A stretch of 64,000 nucleotides of DNA from the human T2T-CHM13v2.0 reference genome, Homo sapiens (GCF_009914755.1 NC_060925.1), one strand, 5' to 3'. Positions 32,121 through 46,037 are shown, numbered from the stretch's first letter. Notes: generated by a model from the sequence alone, not told the origin. Translations and numbers: made by a program.

Positions 32121-35049
32121 TTAGTAAAGATTTTTCAAAGAGCACAGTGCTACTGTCTCTCATGGAAAGAAAAGTATTAAACCCATGATGATTACATCTT
32201 AGTCTAAGGGGAATATTAAACCCACAATAAATTAAGCTAAAACTTCACAAAGACTCTGCAAGGCGTTGGGGCAGGACAGGGGGTGGGTAAGGAAGGGGTT
32301 GATTGTAACTGGAAAATCTTGGGCTACTTGTGGATGGTGTTTTTTTTCTTTTCTTTTCTTTTCTTTTTCTTTCTTTCTTACTTTTTTTTTTCCTCCTAAA
32401 GGTTGAGCTTGGCTAAAGGAGTGTTGCTAATGGTTTCCCAATTTAGTTTCAAGGGGATTGGCAGCAGGGTTTTCCAGGCCACAAAGGCTGAAGGGGGACA
32501 TACTATTAGTCTGTCTCACTCCTCCCAGAAACTCAGTCTGGGTTTACTGTAATTTCATCTTAGTCTCGTCAAAGGCACTCCAGATGAGGAGATTCTGAGC
32601 TGGGGTATTTCTTCCTACCCCTCCCAGACAGATTGCAAGGTTTTTCCAATACTGCATTCTCCCTGGGGCTCTCCCTGGTTGGCGTGGAGAGAAAAGCGCC
32701 AGCAGGGGTCAGCAGTGTCCCACATCTGGCTGGGAGCTGCTTGCCACATGTGCTGTTTCTTCTGGCACGGCACTGTCAGAGATACTGGGGAAATTGGCGA
32801 GCACCGTTCCATTGAGGCGTTAGCATCATTATGAGCATCGCAGGCTCAAGATTCCTCTCCCTGAAAGTGGGGTGGGCTGGATGAGTGGAGGGTGTGTTCT
32901 TTATAAGCACTATGTGGGGTGTGGGTGTAGAATCCAGACATCAGCAATGCCAACTCACCATCTGGTTTTCTATCGGGAGGTTTTTATGTGTATTGGCGTG
33001 AGCAATATATTGTGTCGGTCTGGGTGTCAGAGGACGCGTGTCAGAGTTGCCTTGTTGAAATTTTCCCAGGGACCTGGGATTTCTGGATTCACCCGGTATC
33101 CAGGCTCTCCCAGAGCGGCACTTTAGCTGGCCAAGGCCTGGAGCAGAGTGTGTGCAGCGCTCCCACGGCCGCCTGCCCGGGCCTGCCCCCGACACATGCT
33201 TAGTGGAATTCTCCCGTGGCAGCCCAGAGTCTCCGGAACGAAGGTCTCCACAGCCAAAGCCACGCAAGAGGCTCTCCTGCTCTCATTTCCAGACGCACCC
33301 TCATCCTTGGCCTCTCCCTGCCTCAGTTCTCTTTGACTCCTCCGGTCCTTGTTGCTGCTCAGCTCCAGGGCACCCCCACCTCCCAGGACAAGTCCCCTGA
33401 CTTTACAGCTTACAGGCCCAGAATAACAGATGGCCAGAGGCATCCCATTCAAGACTCCCCGCCTCCTTCCTAGCTCCTCAGTCTCTCCCACCCCAATGTG
33501 GTGGTGCCCAGGGAGGGGGTCAGGAAACCACAGAGGGCCTGTGGGAGGCGTACAGCTGGGGACAAGCGTGGGCTGGAAGAGGAGCCCAGTCTGTAGCTGA
33601 GACTCCCAGGGCCTCATGACCTTCCAGGCAGCCTCCACCGCTGCTATGACAGGCAGATGCCCGACTTTCCACCTGCTTTCTGACCTGGCTTTGGCAAGGC
33701 CTGAGCACCTGGCCTGCTTTCCCAGGAGTACAGTTACAGCAGCTGATCTAGGGAACAGGTGTGGGCTCCGTGTCACAGCTGCTGCTGAGCACATCTGTAC
33801 CCACAGTGAGGAGGCTGCAGCTGCAGCAGGGCCTGTCAGTCACTCATACTCTCCCCGGAGTTGGGCTGGGGGCACTGAAAGGGCCAGGGGTGGAGAGAAT
33901 CTGAGATAAGCATTCACAGAGCACCTTGCTCCTAGAGATCCCAAAGTGTGACCCCTGACAAGGTTTTCCCACAGTCAGCCTCACTGGCACCAGCAGCGTG
34001 GGAATTAGGGCTGGATTCTCCCCTTCTGCCTTGCTTCCCAGCCCTTGGGCCACAGTCAGCTCCTCCTCCTTCCTGGCTAGCTCAGCTCAGCTTTTGCAGG
34101 ATGGAACTCTGAATCCTGGCTTCCAGTGGCTCTCCCAGAAAACTAGGAGGGAAGTGCTTGGAAGAATGGCTCTTTATTCATGCAAATGATTTCTTGCCAT
34201 TTAAGAGCCTCAAACCACAAAATCAATTAAAGAGAAAAGGGGAAGATTTGGGGGTCTGTGCCAGCCACTGGATGCAATGCTTTACCTCCATCATCTTATC
34301 AAATCTTCCCAGCAACCCTACTGCATAGCTATTATCAAGATCATTTCTGTTTCCCAGAGGAGAATTCAAGGTTACACAGTTAGGATGCAGTGAATCTGGG
34401 ATTTGATTGCCGTCCTGACTCCAAAGCTTGCACTCTGACCACTGGGCCACACTGCCTCAAATCTCCCATTCTCTGTTAAATCCAACATCTGAGCCCCATT
34501 CTTTCTCCCTTGCAGGGAATCACCTGCCTACCTCCACCTCATCCATTTCTCACCACAGCTGGATTCACCTCTACAGCCTTTACCTCCAGTCGTATTTGGC
34601 AATTCATCCTTTTCCAGCTCCTATCATCCTCCCCTACCCTCACCAAAGTGGACATCGCAGCCTCTAAATCTGAACGGAGCTGACACCTAGCACCCACCCT
34701 CTCACCAGCTACCTCTGGGTTCCCCCACCCGGTATTCCCTTCCTCACATCCAAGCCTGTTCCCCTCAGGCCCTGTCATGGCCTGAAATAGTCTTTGCCCC
34801 TGTCTACCACTCTCCAGGGTCCCTCTTGACACCTACTTCTGCTTTCCCCTCTCAAGACACCTTTTCTTGGCATTTTAAGACTATTTACTGACTATTTATT
34901 GATATAGGAAAATGCTTACAGAATGTATTAGGAGTATCTTACACTTTTTTAATAATTATGTATGTAATACATGAATAGATTCTCCTTGTAAAAAACAAAC
35001 TCAAACACACAGAAAAAGTTAATGACTCCCTTGATGACTGCCAGTTTGA

Positions 35050-35392
<343 letters not shown>

Positions 35393-35534
35393 TTTGATTC
35401 TTCTAATGCTCGGTATTAAGACTCTATGACTGTGTATTATACATAGAGTTTACATGTGAGTAAGTTCTGGGTGGAGAGACACTATTCCTTGCTAGGGCCT
35501 TAAGAGTCTGGCTGCAGCTCTGCTATCACATGGG

Positions 35535-35711
35535 CAAAACCAGCTACATAATTTACAAGATCCAGTGCAAAATAAAAATGTGACATTTCTTGTTAAAAAT
35601 CATTGTGAATTTCAAGATGGCAACAACAAAGCATTAAACCAAGCAGGGGGCCTTTCTAAGCTTGAGCCCCCGTGTGACTGCACAGGTCATATGCCCATGA
35701 AGCTGGCTCTG
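35535..35711. mobile_element. MER45A-like hAT DNA transposon
   Basis: CAGCTACATAATTT...CCAGTGCAAAATAAAAATG...GCCCATGAAGCTGGCTCTG. Confidence 0.65.
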
Positions 35712-36619
35712 CAGAGACTAGCTGACCGTTGGACTGGCTGTGTCCTGGATTCTTTTAGTTAATGCATTCCGTGTTCTGACAATGGACATTCCTGTCTCAG
35801 CCTCCACATTGGATCTGGTCCCCTGATTCTGCACCCAACATTCCTCAGCCACATTCCCTGCTCCAAAGCCAGAGCTCTATGTATTCCAGCACAAGCAAAG
35901 TCCCAGGGTCCATGCCTGCCAGTCAGCATTGCTCTGGAGGCACCCACAAAGATGGCAAAGATGGGGGGTGAAGGGGGTATTGGACAATGATATTCCTGTG
36001 CCTCGAGTGGAAAGTCTCTCAGGAGATAAGAGAGGACTGAAGTACCAACCAAGAAACCCGGGTTTCATTCCCAGCTCTGCCACTAAATTTACTGTGTCCT
36101 TAATTGGCAAGTTGCTTAACATCTTGGCACTGTTATCTCTTTATCTGTTAAAGGAGAGAGTTTGATTAGATTGTCTTTAAGACCATTCCCACTTCCAGCT
36201 CTAAAAGTCTGTATTTAAGTGACTCTAAGAGACTGTAATAATAATAGATAACATTTGTTGACCATTACCTTATGCCATTTACATGTTGATTTAATGCTCA
36301 TAACAACCGTATGAGGCAGGCACTGTTATTCCCATTTTACAGTTGAGAAAATTGAGACTCAGTTTAAAACATGCATGGGGAACAAGGTAGCTTTTTGGGG
36401 TGGTGGAAATGTTCTAAAACTTGGTTCTGGTCATGGCTGCAGAACTCTGTAGATTTAGAGTTGTATATTTCGAGTGGGTGAATTTTATAATATGTAAATT
36501 GTACCTCAATAAAGCTGTTGAAAAGAAATAAAGAAATGTGCTGAACTAGTACATGATCAAGCTCTCCACACTGCTATGGAGACTATCAAGACTCCTTTCC
36601 TCTGCATATATGTAGTATT

Positions 36620-36850
36620 TGAAAACATGGACTCAGGAGCCAGACTCCTTCAGTTCAAATCCTACCTCTATCACTTACTAGCTGAGACCCAGACAAGACA
36701 CTTGACCTCAATTTCTTTACCTGTAAAGTGGAGATAAAAAGTGGTACAGATTTCATAGGGTTGTTGTGGAGATTAAATGGGTTAATATATGTTAAATGCT
36801 TAGCATAGCAGTTGGCACACAGCAAATGCTATATAAGTAGGGACTATTAT
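36620..36850 (+). mobile_element. MIR
   Basis: TTCAAATCCTACCTCTATCACTTACTAGCTG...CATAGGGTTGTTGTGGAGATTAAATG. Confidence 0.75.
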
Positions 36851-38748
36851 TATCTTCCATACCACAGGATTGCCACAGCCAGAACCAGGCTTCTTAAAGG
36901 GGCAGGTTTTCTCCCTGCAAACCCAACCCCTATTCTCCTGGGCCCCTTAAAGAAACACCTCCTCTTCAAAGGCCATCTTTGGAAAAACACCACGATGGCT
37001 TTCAGTACATCTCACTTCCTGGTAACAGAGAGAGAGTGAGAAACAGCATCTTCCCGATAAGGCAGTGACTCGCTCACTCTCGTAAAACATTCATTACTCT
37101 GACAGCTTTTCCCCATGGACTCTTTCTCCCAGGTCCCTGTAAGCTCCAACAGTCAACACAGAGGGCCCTTCTTAAAGGGGGCCCAGGGCCAGTCATGAGG
37201 CCCGAGTGGCCAAGGATGGAGATGCCTGTTTTGCCCATGTCCAACCCCATTCCACTAGCCTAGGAAACCCCTCACTGGTTAATGAATCAAGCTAGAAAGG
37301 ACAAGGATTTTTAGTGGCCAGTCAGATTTCTATCACTGAAAAATGGGTTTTCAAGCACTGAGCCCATAACCACAGTGAATTTGACTGGGGTGGGGAGGTG
37401 GGGCGGGGTTGGGAATATGAGCTGATGCTTTCTGTTTGATAATCCCACTTCTGCTTATATGTGAGCAGCACTGCAGAAACCATTTTCTCCTCCATGATCT
37501 CACTGAATACTCACCATGCCCTTGGTAGGTGGGTATTCTTGTCCTCTGGGTGTCAACACTCCCTTTTACTGATGAGCAAACTGAGGTGATGCACTTCAGC
37601 CAGCATCAGAACCAAGGCATGGAGTCAGGTCTTCTGAAGCTGGGCCCAGTGTTTTTCCACTGTGCTTCAGAGGAGGAAGTCAGAAGCTGCCTCGGACTCC
37701 TCCTTAGAAGCTCCAGTGACGCTTATTAAGTGCTCAAGAAAATAAAGCAATGTGCTATCTTCATATTCCTGCCAAGGACCTTACAAACTGCTCTGGGAGC
37801 CCCAAACAAGACAGTCCGAAGGATAAAGACAGTCTCCCTGTGGGCCACGTGGAACGCAGGAGCTGTGAGTGTGTTCAAATCCTCAAAGTCCCATGTCAGA
37901 TAACCCAAGAAACAAATTAGCATTGGTCCACAGACCTCAAGGCGGCAGGAAAACAGGCAAAGCCCCCAAAGAAATCAGGCTGGGGCTGAAAATGTCACTT
38001 GCCATACTTCCTGGGGTTCCCAAAACTCTCATCTCGTCGGAGGCCGGATCTGATACTCTATGGGAGTGACAGCAAGCTTCTGGGCTGATTTTTTAAAACT
38101 TATTTGTCAGGTTGACATTAATCCTTTCGCTACCCATCTTGTCCCAAAGCAGGATTGGCTCTAAGCTGTGGAGGAGGGGAACAGAGGGGCTGTTGGGTTT
38201 TAAGGAGCCTCAGTGAGGCCAGCAGGTCCTGGAGGCCACCTTCTCGGTGGGGAGTGGGGGTACAGGTGACTATGCCAAGGGTCTCCTGCAGTGAACCTGA
38301 ATCTCCCTCCTTCCATCACTCACAAATCATTTCACGCCCCAGCACCTCTCCCACTCTCTCCATCCTCCCCTCCCCACAGCGAGGTCCTTGCCTTTACCTC
38401 TTATTGATTTTCATATTTAAGGAAAATCCATTTGCTAGACTCAGAGCAACTGAGTCATCACTGTGTTCAGACAAAAACTACTCACAAAGTAGGCATTTGG
38501 CAGAGGCCACTTCTGGGATGGGCGGGACCCTGTTTCTTACCCAAACAGTGCTCTGTCCAGAGTCTCTTCTGGCTTCTCCTCCCTGCCGCTCTGTCCTATC
38601 CACTTTCTCTTTCAGTAGCTTTCATATCCTCTGCCTGTCACCCCAACCAGACTGGCCCCTTTACTCCTTCCTCCCTCAACCTGTCCATATGCTATTATGT
38701 TTGCCTACACATACAGGTTCACTGTTGGAAATCTGTGAGTGGGACATT

Positions 38749-38858
38749 TTTCTGAATTTTTATTTTAGATTCAGGGGGTACATATGCAGGCTTGTTACCT
38801 GGGTATATTGTGTGATGCTGAGGCTTGGGGTACAAATGATCCCGTCACCCATATTGAT
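38749..38858 (-). mobile_element. Very short 5'-truncated L1PA/L1PB 3' end
   Basis: TTTTAGATTCAGGGGGTACATATGCAGG...GATCCCGTCACCCA; TSD TGGGACATT on both sides. Confidence 0.75.
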
Positions 38859-39261
38859 TGGGACATTAGGAGCAGGGTGAGGGAGAACTTGTATGAGCAG
38901 CCACTCATAAGTGGGAGAGAAATATTGATCCTGTGTACTGATAGAAGAGATCTAACCCTTACGAAATTATAGCTTTGGCTTTCTTTTCCATTCTGGGTAG
39001 CACCCAAGGAATGACATCATCCCAGCATTACCAATGTGGATGGGGGCTATGCATCCAGCCTCACAATGGGTCAAGGAGTCATTTCACCTTCTGATAGTCA
39101 TTTGCATACCTACTGTGTGGTCCTTGGTCCCTGGGGTCCCACCTTTTGAGCTCTCAAGAAAGGACAGTGCTTCTTCTTAAAGGACTAGGCTCCCCTTTGC
39201 AGGACTGGGAAGAGCACAAAAGGATTCTAGCTAGCACATCATTGAATGCCAAACTGGGCGC

Positions 39262-39325
39262 AGAGTTACATCTCCAAGAGTTAGATCTCCAAGAGTTAGA
39301 TCTCCAAGAGTTAGTTACTCCAAGA
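39262..39325 (+). repeat. 15-bp minisatellite, ~4 copies
   Basis: AGAGTTA(C/G)ATCTCCA x3 plus a degenerate fourth. Confidence 0.95.
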
Positions 39326-39329
39326 TCAA

Positions 39330-39580
39330 AGTAACAGCTAATGTTCACTGAGCATTTACTATGTGCCAAGCACTATTCTAAGTGTGTCACCTATAGTATC
39401 GCATTTAATCCTCCCAACACTCTTAGGAGATAGGAACCATTATTATCCCATTTTACAGATAAAGAAACTGAGGTAGCTAGAGGTTAAAGAGTTCAGTAAG
39501 TTCCCATGGCTAAAAAATCATTGATCCAGGATTTGAACTCATGCAGTCTGCCTTAAGAGCCCACACTTCTAGTCTTTATA
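39330..39580 (-). mobile_element. MIR
   Basis: ATTATCCCATTTTACAGATAAAGAAACTGAGG core. Confidence 0.8.
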
Positions 39581-40399
39581 CAGAGGGTAAGGGTGTCACT
39601 CTGCAGTCCACCCCCTTATCCCGCGCCAAAAGGCAGTTCACTCCCTTCATGGACAAAAATCATACAACAAATCTTTTTCCCTGATCAGTTGGGAACTTCT
39701 TGAATGTCACTGCTTGTCCATTGTCTGGTGTCTCATCTCTCCAAATTCAAAGCCACTGTGGCCTTACTGACTGTGTGGGGCGTTCAGGGAGGACTCAAGG
39801 GCTCTCATCCTGACTCTGCTCACACTGATTTTGCTGGCAAAGAGCTGTGAGACCTCCCAGGGAGTAGGCAGTTTTGCTTTCTATCCATCAGTCCTCCAAC
39901 TTGCAACCCCATGGCCCTGGGAATAGATCAGTCCTCTTATTTGTTGGCAGGAGCAGGGGAATCTGCTGGGTCCTTGGCCACAGCTACTCCCTTTCCAAAG
40001 CCTGCTTCAAAGCTCAGGTCATCTGGCTTCCTTCTGCCTTCTTCCTGCAGACCCTGGAAGTCCCCAAGCCAGGAGGCAGGGGGCTTGCACTGCTTCTGCA
40101 GTAGGTTCTGGCTGAGGGCCTTCCTCCCATTCACTCTCCTCAGGTCCTGTCATTTCCTCTCTCCTCTTCTTCCCCCTCCTCCCACTCCCAAGTCCCTGGA
40201 AGAAGGAGGAGGGGCATCGGCTGTCTGGAAGGTGGGGAGAAGTCACTTATTTTACTGAGCACCTACTATTTGCGGGGCACTTGCGGGGCCTCCCCCTCCT
40301 CTAAGACAGCTCAGACAGCATGACAGTTCAGTGGGGTGGAGAAAGAAAGGAGGTGGGTGCCCGGGGTCAGAAGTCGGGTGGAGAGGCTGGCCCATCCAT

Positions 40400-42100
40400 C
40401 TGTCCCCTTCTCCTAAAGAACTGCGGCTGAACCAGCGAGCGGTACCCGGACGACATGTGGGGGAGGGAGGAAACCCGGCCTGGAAGTGGCGGTGGCGGGT
40501 CCCCGGGCAAAGGAAAGGCTCAATTGTGCAAAGGCTTCCTGCCCTGCCAGCTCGCGGGTCCGCCACCGAGCAGCCGCCTTTCTGCGGCCAGCCTGGGAGG
40601 CGGGACGGGAAGGCGAAGGCAGCAAAGGGTTACGGGAATAGCTTTCCAATGACAAAGTCTGGAAGGGACCCATGCCTCCGCCCCTCTGCGGGTTAAACTG
40701 GCACAGTGCAGGGGGAGGAAAGCCAGGGCGATCGGACGGATTCTCTCCTCCTGCCCGCCCCCCGGCCGCCAGGCACTCCCCTCCTGGGCCCGCCGTGGAG
40801 GCAGCCGGCGTGTGCCTGGGGCAGCGGGTCACGAGGCTCCGCCCCGGCCGCCGTTCCCGAGGGGACGGCACTTTGTTCAGGATGCCGCCTCCCTCCTCAT
40901 TGTGGGGCCGGGGCCGGCGGCTGCCCTAGTGCGGGGCCCGAGGCTGGAGTGCGCGGCGGACGCCAAGCCTGGTGCGAGGGGCCGAGGCGGCCTGGGGAGC
41001 CCCGGGAAACTTTGTGCTCGCGAGAAGCGGACCCCGCACCCGCGCTGCCCTTGGGGATGCGCGACTCTGCGCGGCTGCGGCGCGGACCCGGAGCCCGGGC
41101 GGGCAGGCGCTCCGGTGAGTGGCCGGCGCGGGGCGGTCGCGCGGTCGCGGCGCTGAGGGTCTGGCGCTTCCCGTTTTGCGAGGCTTGGCTGGCAGGTCCT
41201 GCGAGGCCGAGACCAAGTCTCGGGGTAGGGGAGGTTGGTGCCCGAGGGAGGCTGTGGGCTGGGCTCGGGAGAGGCGCTGGAATAAATAACAACCAAGATG
41301 CTCGCGGCTTCCCGGGAAGGTGTGTGCCCTTTCGACCCCTATGGGACTGACTGCGCGTTTGATTCTAGAGTTGACTCTCCGGGGGGGCTGCCTAACTTCA
41401 GTCCCTCTGAGCCTCAGTTTCCTTGTTGTGAAATACCCACAATTTAAAGTGCGTTGAGATCTTATCATGAGACACCAGGTGCTGCGTTCTTATACTCGCA
41501 CCCACACGGCAAGCACACACCCTACCCGCACCTCTGCCTTTCGTTGAAGCAAGAGTTAACTCCTCCCATCCCAGCAGGAGCCAGAGGAACAGCTGGGGCA
41601 GGTGACCTCGCGGGCCGTTCCAGAAAACGTTCCCCGCACCCCCGGGATGCGCCGGGAAGCGCCCTCCCGCCAATCTCCCGGAGGCCGTCCTCTCTGGCGC
41701 CCGCCCAGTGCGTCTGGGAGCGGAGAAAGTGGTCCCGGAGGAGAGGGGAGAGAGGAGAACGCAGAAATTGGGTGATCACGGGGAGCTCACCTGAGCGCTC
41801 CCGAGGCTTGGGCTCTGGTCCCTGCTAATCCCCAGAGCCGATAAAAACTGGTCATAGGATAAAGAAGCAGCTAAGTTTGCAGCGGGCAGAGGGGAGGCAG
41901 GAACTGGAGAGGACGCGAGTGGCGGGTGGCGGGGGCGGTGTGTAGGGGTGACGTCCACCCGGCAGAGAGGGTTCCTTGTCCCCTGGAGCCGAACACAGGA
42001 AAATCAGCTGGTGAGTCAATGGGACTTTGTTAGGATAGTCACAGGGCGCAGCTGGCGCCGGCTTAAGGGAAGAGCTGGATCCCCCCTTGATAACATGCTG
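40400..42100. promoter_or_regulatory. CpG island, probable upstream promoter of NAV1
   Basis: ~1.7 kb CpG-rich TATA-less stretch with GC boxes, ETS GGAAGT, CRE-like TGACGTC ~41949 and + strand splice donors. Confidence 0.85.
40910..41114 (+). other. NAV1: Probable non-coding first exon of the long NAV1 transcript; start approximate
   Basis: Strong donor CCG|GTGAGT at 41115-41120 in the island core. Gene identity inferred from recalled order CSRP1(-), RPS10P7, NAV1(+), not from coding sequence. Confidence 0.55.
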
Positions 42101-42742
42101 TTTATCTGGCTTCCTGTTTCAATGATTGGGATACCATTGGCTCGTTCAAATTCAATGCTGAGAAGCCTGTGGGCACGTTCGTTCACTGTGCAAAAGCAGA
42201 GGGCTTGCCTGGGTTTTCATCTGTGGGCTAGCTCTTGTTCCCCCTACATGAAGTCCCCGGCAACTCACTTGTAATGGGACTGGAGACTTCGCAAAAAGAA
42301 TGGCCTCCCCAGGAGGAGGATCTGACGATCTGACACTGCAGAGACCTTGGCTTCCTTTAGGCCAGAGATATATATGATTCCAGCTTGCTTATGACATTTT
42401 TTTAAATCCTGCTTTGACTTTTTGTTGGTGTGTCTTTGGGATTGACCTAAGAAGGGAGACAGAGGGAACAGCTCTATGGATTTTGTCTTCTAAGATGAGC
42501 TTCCTAGTAGTATGTGCTTTCACCATCAGTTTTTAGGGGAAGTTTTCAATCATCAGTTTGTAGTTCTCTATCTGGCTGTGTTGCTAACCACCTGGATGAT
42601 CAGAGAGCAAATAATTCCTCATGTCTCTGTCCTGGTTTTCACTTCTGTAAAGTGGAGCCAGGAAAAAATCGCTACGGTTGGAAGAATAAAGAAGGTTTTT
42701 CAGATTTGGGCTCCAGCCCCTAGGGTCTATTTCCTGAACTTT

Positions 42743-42799
42743 CCAGGTGAAAGAGAACACCAGGTGAAAGAGAACACCATTTCCGGGTGAAAGAGAACA
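42743..42799 (+). repeat. 17-bp repeat, 3 copies
   Basis: CC(A/G)GGTGAAAGAGAACA x3. Confidence 0.93.
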
Positions 42800-43286
42800 G
42801 CCCCTGATCTGAACTTCTTCAGCAGTTTATCTGATTTCCCTTGGGGCAGGTCTCACATTCTGCTTTGCATTTTTTGTTTTTGTTGATTGTCAGTGTGCCA
42901 TGCTTTGTATTTTAGATATTTGGGTGTTTGTGCACATGCCTATCTTCCTGTGAGTACCTTCCAGCCAAACACCCTATCTGACCACCCACAACACTCAGCA
43001 CACAGTAGGCACTTTATAGATGCTTGCCAAACTAATAGAATTGGGGAGAAAAACTAAGTAGCATTCAAAGGCCTCCTATCTCATTTAAGTGCCATTTATT
43101 CATTCTTTGGGAGTTAATTTGCTCCCCCAGACCCCCTCTACTTCTTTTTCCCTCAAAAGCAGTTCATAAAAATGTTGATTTGCCCATGGGTAAGTAGGCA
43201 AGCTTTGAATATTTGGGCTTTTTCTGGGATCTGGCTTCTTTGATAAACCTTGGCCTGGGGAAACTGAAAACAAGAATGCTGTTTTG

Positions 43287-43552
<266 letters not shown>

Positions 43553-44654
43553 AAAGGAGTGCTGTTTTTCCTTTCTTGCCTAATCTAGCCCCCTCCTGAG
43601 TCCCTGTGAACCTCTGGTATCAACTCAGTTTGGGCCCAGTAGAAAGGAGTGGCCTAGAATAGAAAAATCTCCTATCCATCTTTTACAATTTGTCTCTATT
43701 TTTGCCTTCCTATTTCCAATCAGTGTCACTTCCCTCTTCTTTTAAAGTTCTTTTGACTTCTTGAAGGGTTTGGCCTTTAAGAAAAACCAGAATGTCAAAG
43801 TTAAAAGGATCTCCACTCCTCCCAACCCCTGCTCTTCTCCCCTTTACAGGCAAGAATCAAGGCCCACTGAAGGGAAGGGATGGGCTCAGAGCTACACAAC
43901 TGGGGTACTGCAGAAGCCCGCCTAGAATGCAGGGCTCCTGGCTTTCAGTTTAGGGCTCATTCCCTTTCAGCAAATCACTGGGAATTTTTATCTTCCTAGC
44001 GTTTCCATCTCAGCAGATGTTACTTACCTCTTAGCTAGAGAGAGGAACAGAAACATATTAGGGTCAAGACAGCTATCTCTGTGATGGAAGCATCTATCAA
44101 CTTTTCGAGTCTCTGGAACATGGAGAGCTAAGAAATGTGGCAATACTTGGCAAACACTTCGTCTTTCTGGCCCCTAGTCACACACAAAAAATAATAATTA
44201 AAAACACTTTTAGTTCCTTCTTCAACTTAAAAATACCCCTCCAACTAGTCTAGCGAAAAACACCCTCCACAGTAAACCGTTTCCTGGGCCTCATCTGTTC
44301 CCTTAACCTCCTGGGAAGGCTGACTCAGGCCTGATTTCCTCCGAGAGGCCTGCGATTTTGCTTCCCAGCATCCTGTGACTCTTGAGACGTGAAGCGAGGC
44401 AGGATGGCTGAGGCCCAGGCCACTCTGACCTGCCTGTGGATGTGGTTCAGGTTCTTACACATGTCCTGTGCAGTTCACACTACCACCCCATCAAATCTAT
44501 TTGCTCTACTTAATTTTAATATGAGATGCACTAATATGCATATAAAATTAAAGGCTCTGATGCATGTGCCTCTGCCAAGGACCGTTACTAACAAGATGAT
44601 TCCACTTCAAAAGACTGCAAGACTGTTCTGATATCCAATCCTCAGATGCTCTGA

Positions 44655-45275
44655 AAGCTTTCATAAATGGAATTGTTTCTTAATTTCCTTTTTGGCTTGT
44701 GTATTACTGGTGTGTAGAAACACAGCTGATTTTTGTGTGTTGATCTTGTCCCTTGCAATTTTGCTGAATTTATTAGCTCTAGTAGCTTTTTTGTTTCTGG
44801 ATTCTTTGGGATTTTCTATACATAGGATCATGTCAACTGTGAATAGAAATAGTTTTACGTCTTTCTTTCCAATTTGAATGATTTTTATTTATTTTTCTTG
44901 CCTAATTGCTCTGGCTAGAACTTTCAGTATAATGTTGAGTGGCAGTGGTGAAAGCAGACATCCTTCTCTTGTTCTTGATCTTAGGGGGATTTCTTGATTT
45001 TAGCCTTTCACCAGTGAGCGTGATGTTAGCTGTGGGCTTTTCATAAATGTCCTTTGTGTTGAGGAAATCATCTTCTATTTCTAGTTTTCTAATCATTTTT
45101 TTTTAATCACAAAGGGGTGTTGAATTTTATGTCAAATGCTTGTTTTCTGTATCACTCGAGATAATCCTGTGGCTTGTTTTTTGTTTCCTTCATTGTGTTA
45201 GTGTGGTGCCTTACACTGATTGTTTTTCTTAAGTTGAATCACTCTTTTAGTCCTGGGATAAATCCCTCTGAATTT
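44655..45275 (-). mobile_element. L1 ORF2 (reverse transcriptase) fragment, decayed
   Basis: Minus-strand peptide ...[19 protein letters not shown]... resembles L1 ORF2 IYDKPTANIILNGQKL. Confidence 0.85.
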
Positions 45276-45419
45276 TTTTTTTTTTATCTGCAAAGTTTCA
45301 TTTTTTTTTCCCCTGTAAAAAGACAACAAAATTTGACTAAGTGCTAACATTTTACATTAGGATGGGTTGATGTATTTAATTATACTTTTCATTATAATTA
45401 GTGTACTTTAAACATCTAA

Positions 45420-45662
45420 CAATTATATTGTGGTAAATATGTATAACCTACAATTTACCATTTTAGCCACTTCTAAATGTACAGTTCAGTGGCATTAAAT
45501 GCATTTGCATTGTTGTATAACCATCACCTGTAGCCATCTCTGGAACTTTTTTACCTTCCCAAACTTAAACTCTGTACTCATTAAAGAGTAACTCTCCATT
45601 CCCCTTCCCTCCTCCCCAAGGCCCCGGCAACCGCCATTTTACTTCCCATCTCTATGAATTTG
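45420..45662 (-). mobile_element. L1MB 3' end
   Basis: TGTACAGTTCAGTGGCATTAA...CCCCGGCAACCGCCATTTTACTT..TCTCTATGAATTTG. Confidence 0.75.
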
Positions 45663-45859
45663 TGAACATTTTTTAATAACTAGAAGTTAGGCATTAAAGG
45701 GTTAAAGGGCTGTATCTTCCTGTCTTCCAGTTTCCCACCAACTCCCTCCAGCCGGAGGGGCCACCACTGGCCCTGATGCAGAGATGAACTGATTGCTGGT
45801 CATCCTGAGACTCAGAGGGCACCACGCCCAGCCTCAGCGCGGGCTTCATTTCCTCTAGC

Positions 45860-46037
45860 TCAGGGATTCTCCATCTTGGTTGCACATTAGCACCACCTGG
45901 GGAGCTTTTAAAAATGACCAATTCCTGGGCCCATCCCCAGAGATTCAGCTTCACTTGGTTTGGAATGTGGCTTCAGTGTCTGTCATTTTTAAAAGCTCCC
46001 TAGGTGATTTTGATGCACTGTGAGGGTTAGAACTACT
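45860..46037. mobile_element. MER5A DNA transposon
   Basis: TGCACATTAG...CACCTGGGGAGCTTTTAAAAA...TTTTTAAAAGCTCCCTAGGTGATT internal palindrome. Confidence 0.8.

Noticed and set aside
33123-33794. 223-aa minus-strand ORF (similarly 55778-56458 and 62044-62616)
   Set aside because: No domain, exon structure or coding-like composition recognisable; consistent with chance.
38155-38880. 241-aa ORF
   Set aside because: TTG start, runs through an L1 3' fragment, no protein family resemblance.
36890-39183. Recurrent TTCTTAAAGG motif (three copies)
   Set aside because: Short, irregularly spaced, no flanking similarity or known factor match.
40331-41828. Many 100-214 aa ORFs in the second CpG island
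   Set aside because: Same GC artefact, open in several frames on both strands.
39262-42799. Short repeat arrays as CRISPR-like structures
   Set aside because: Tandem units without unique spacers in primate DNA; no cas genes.
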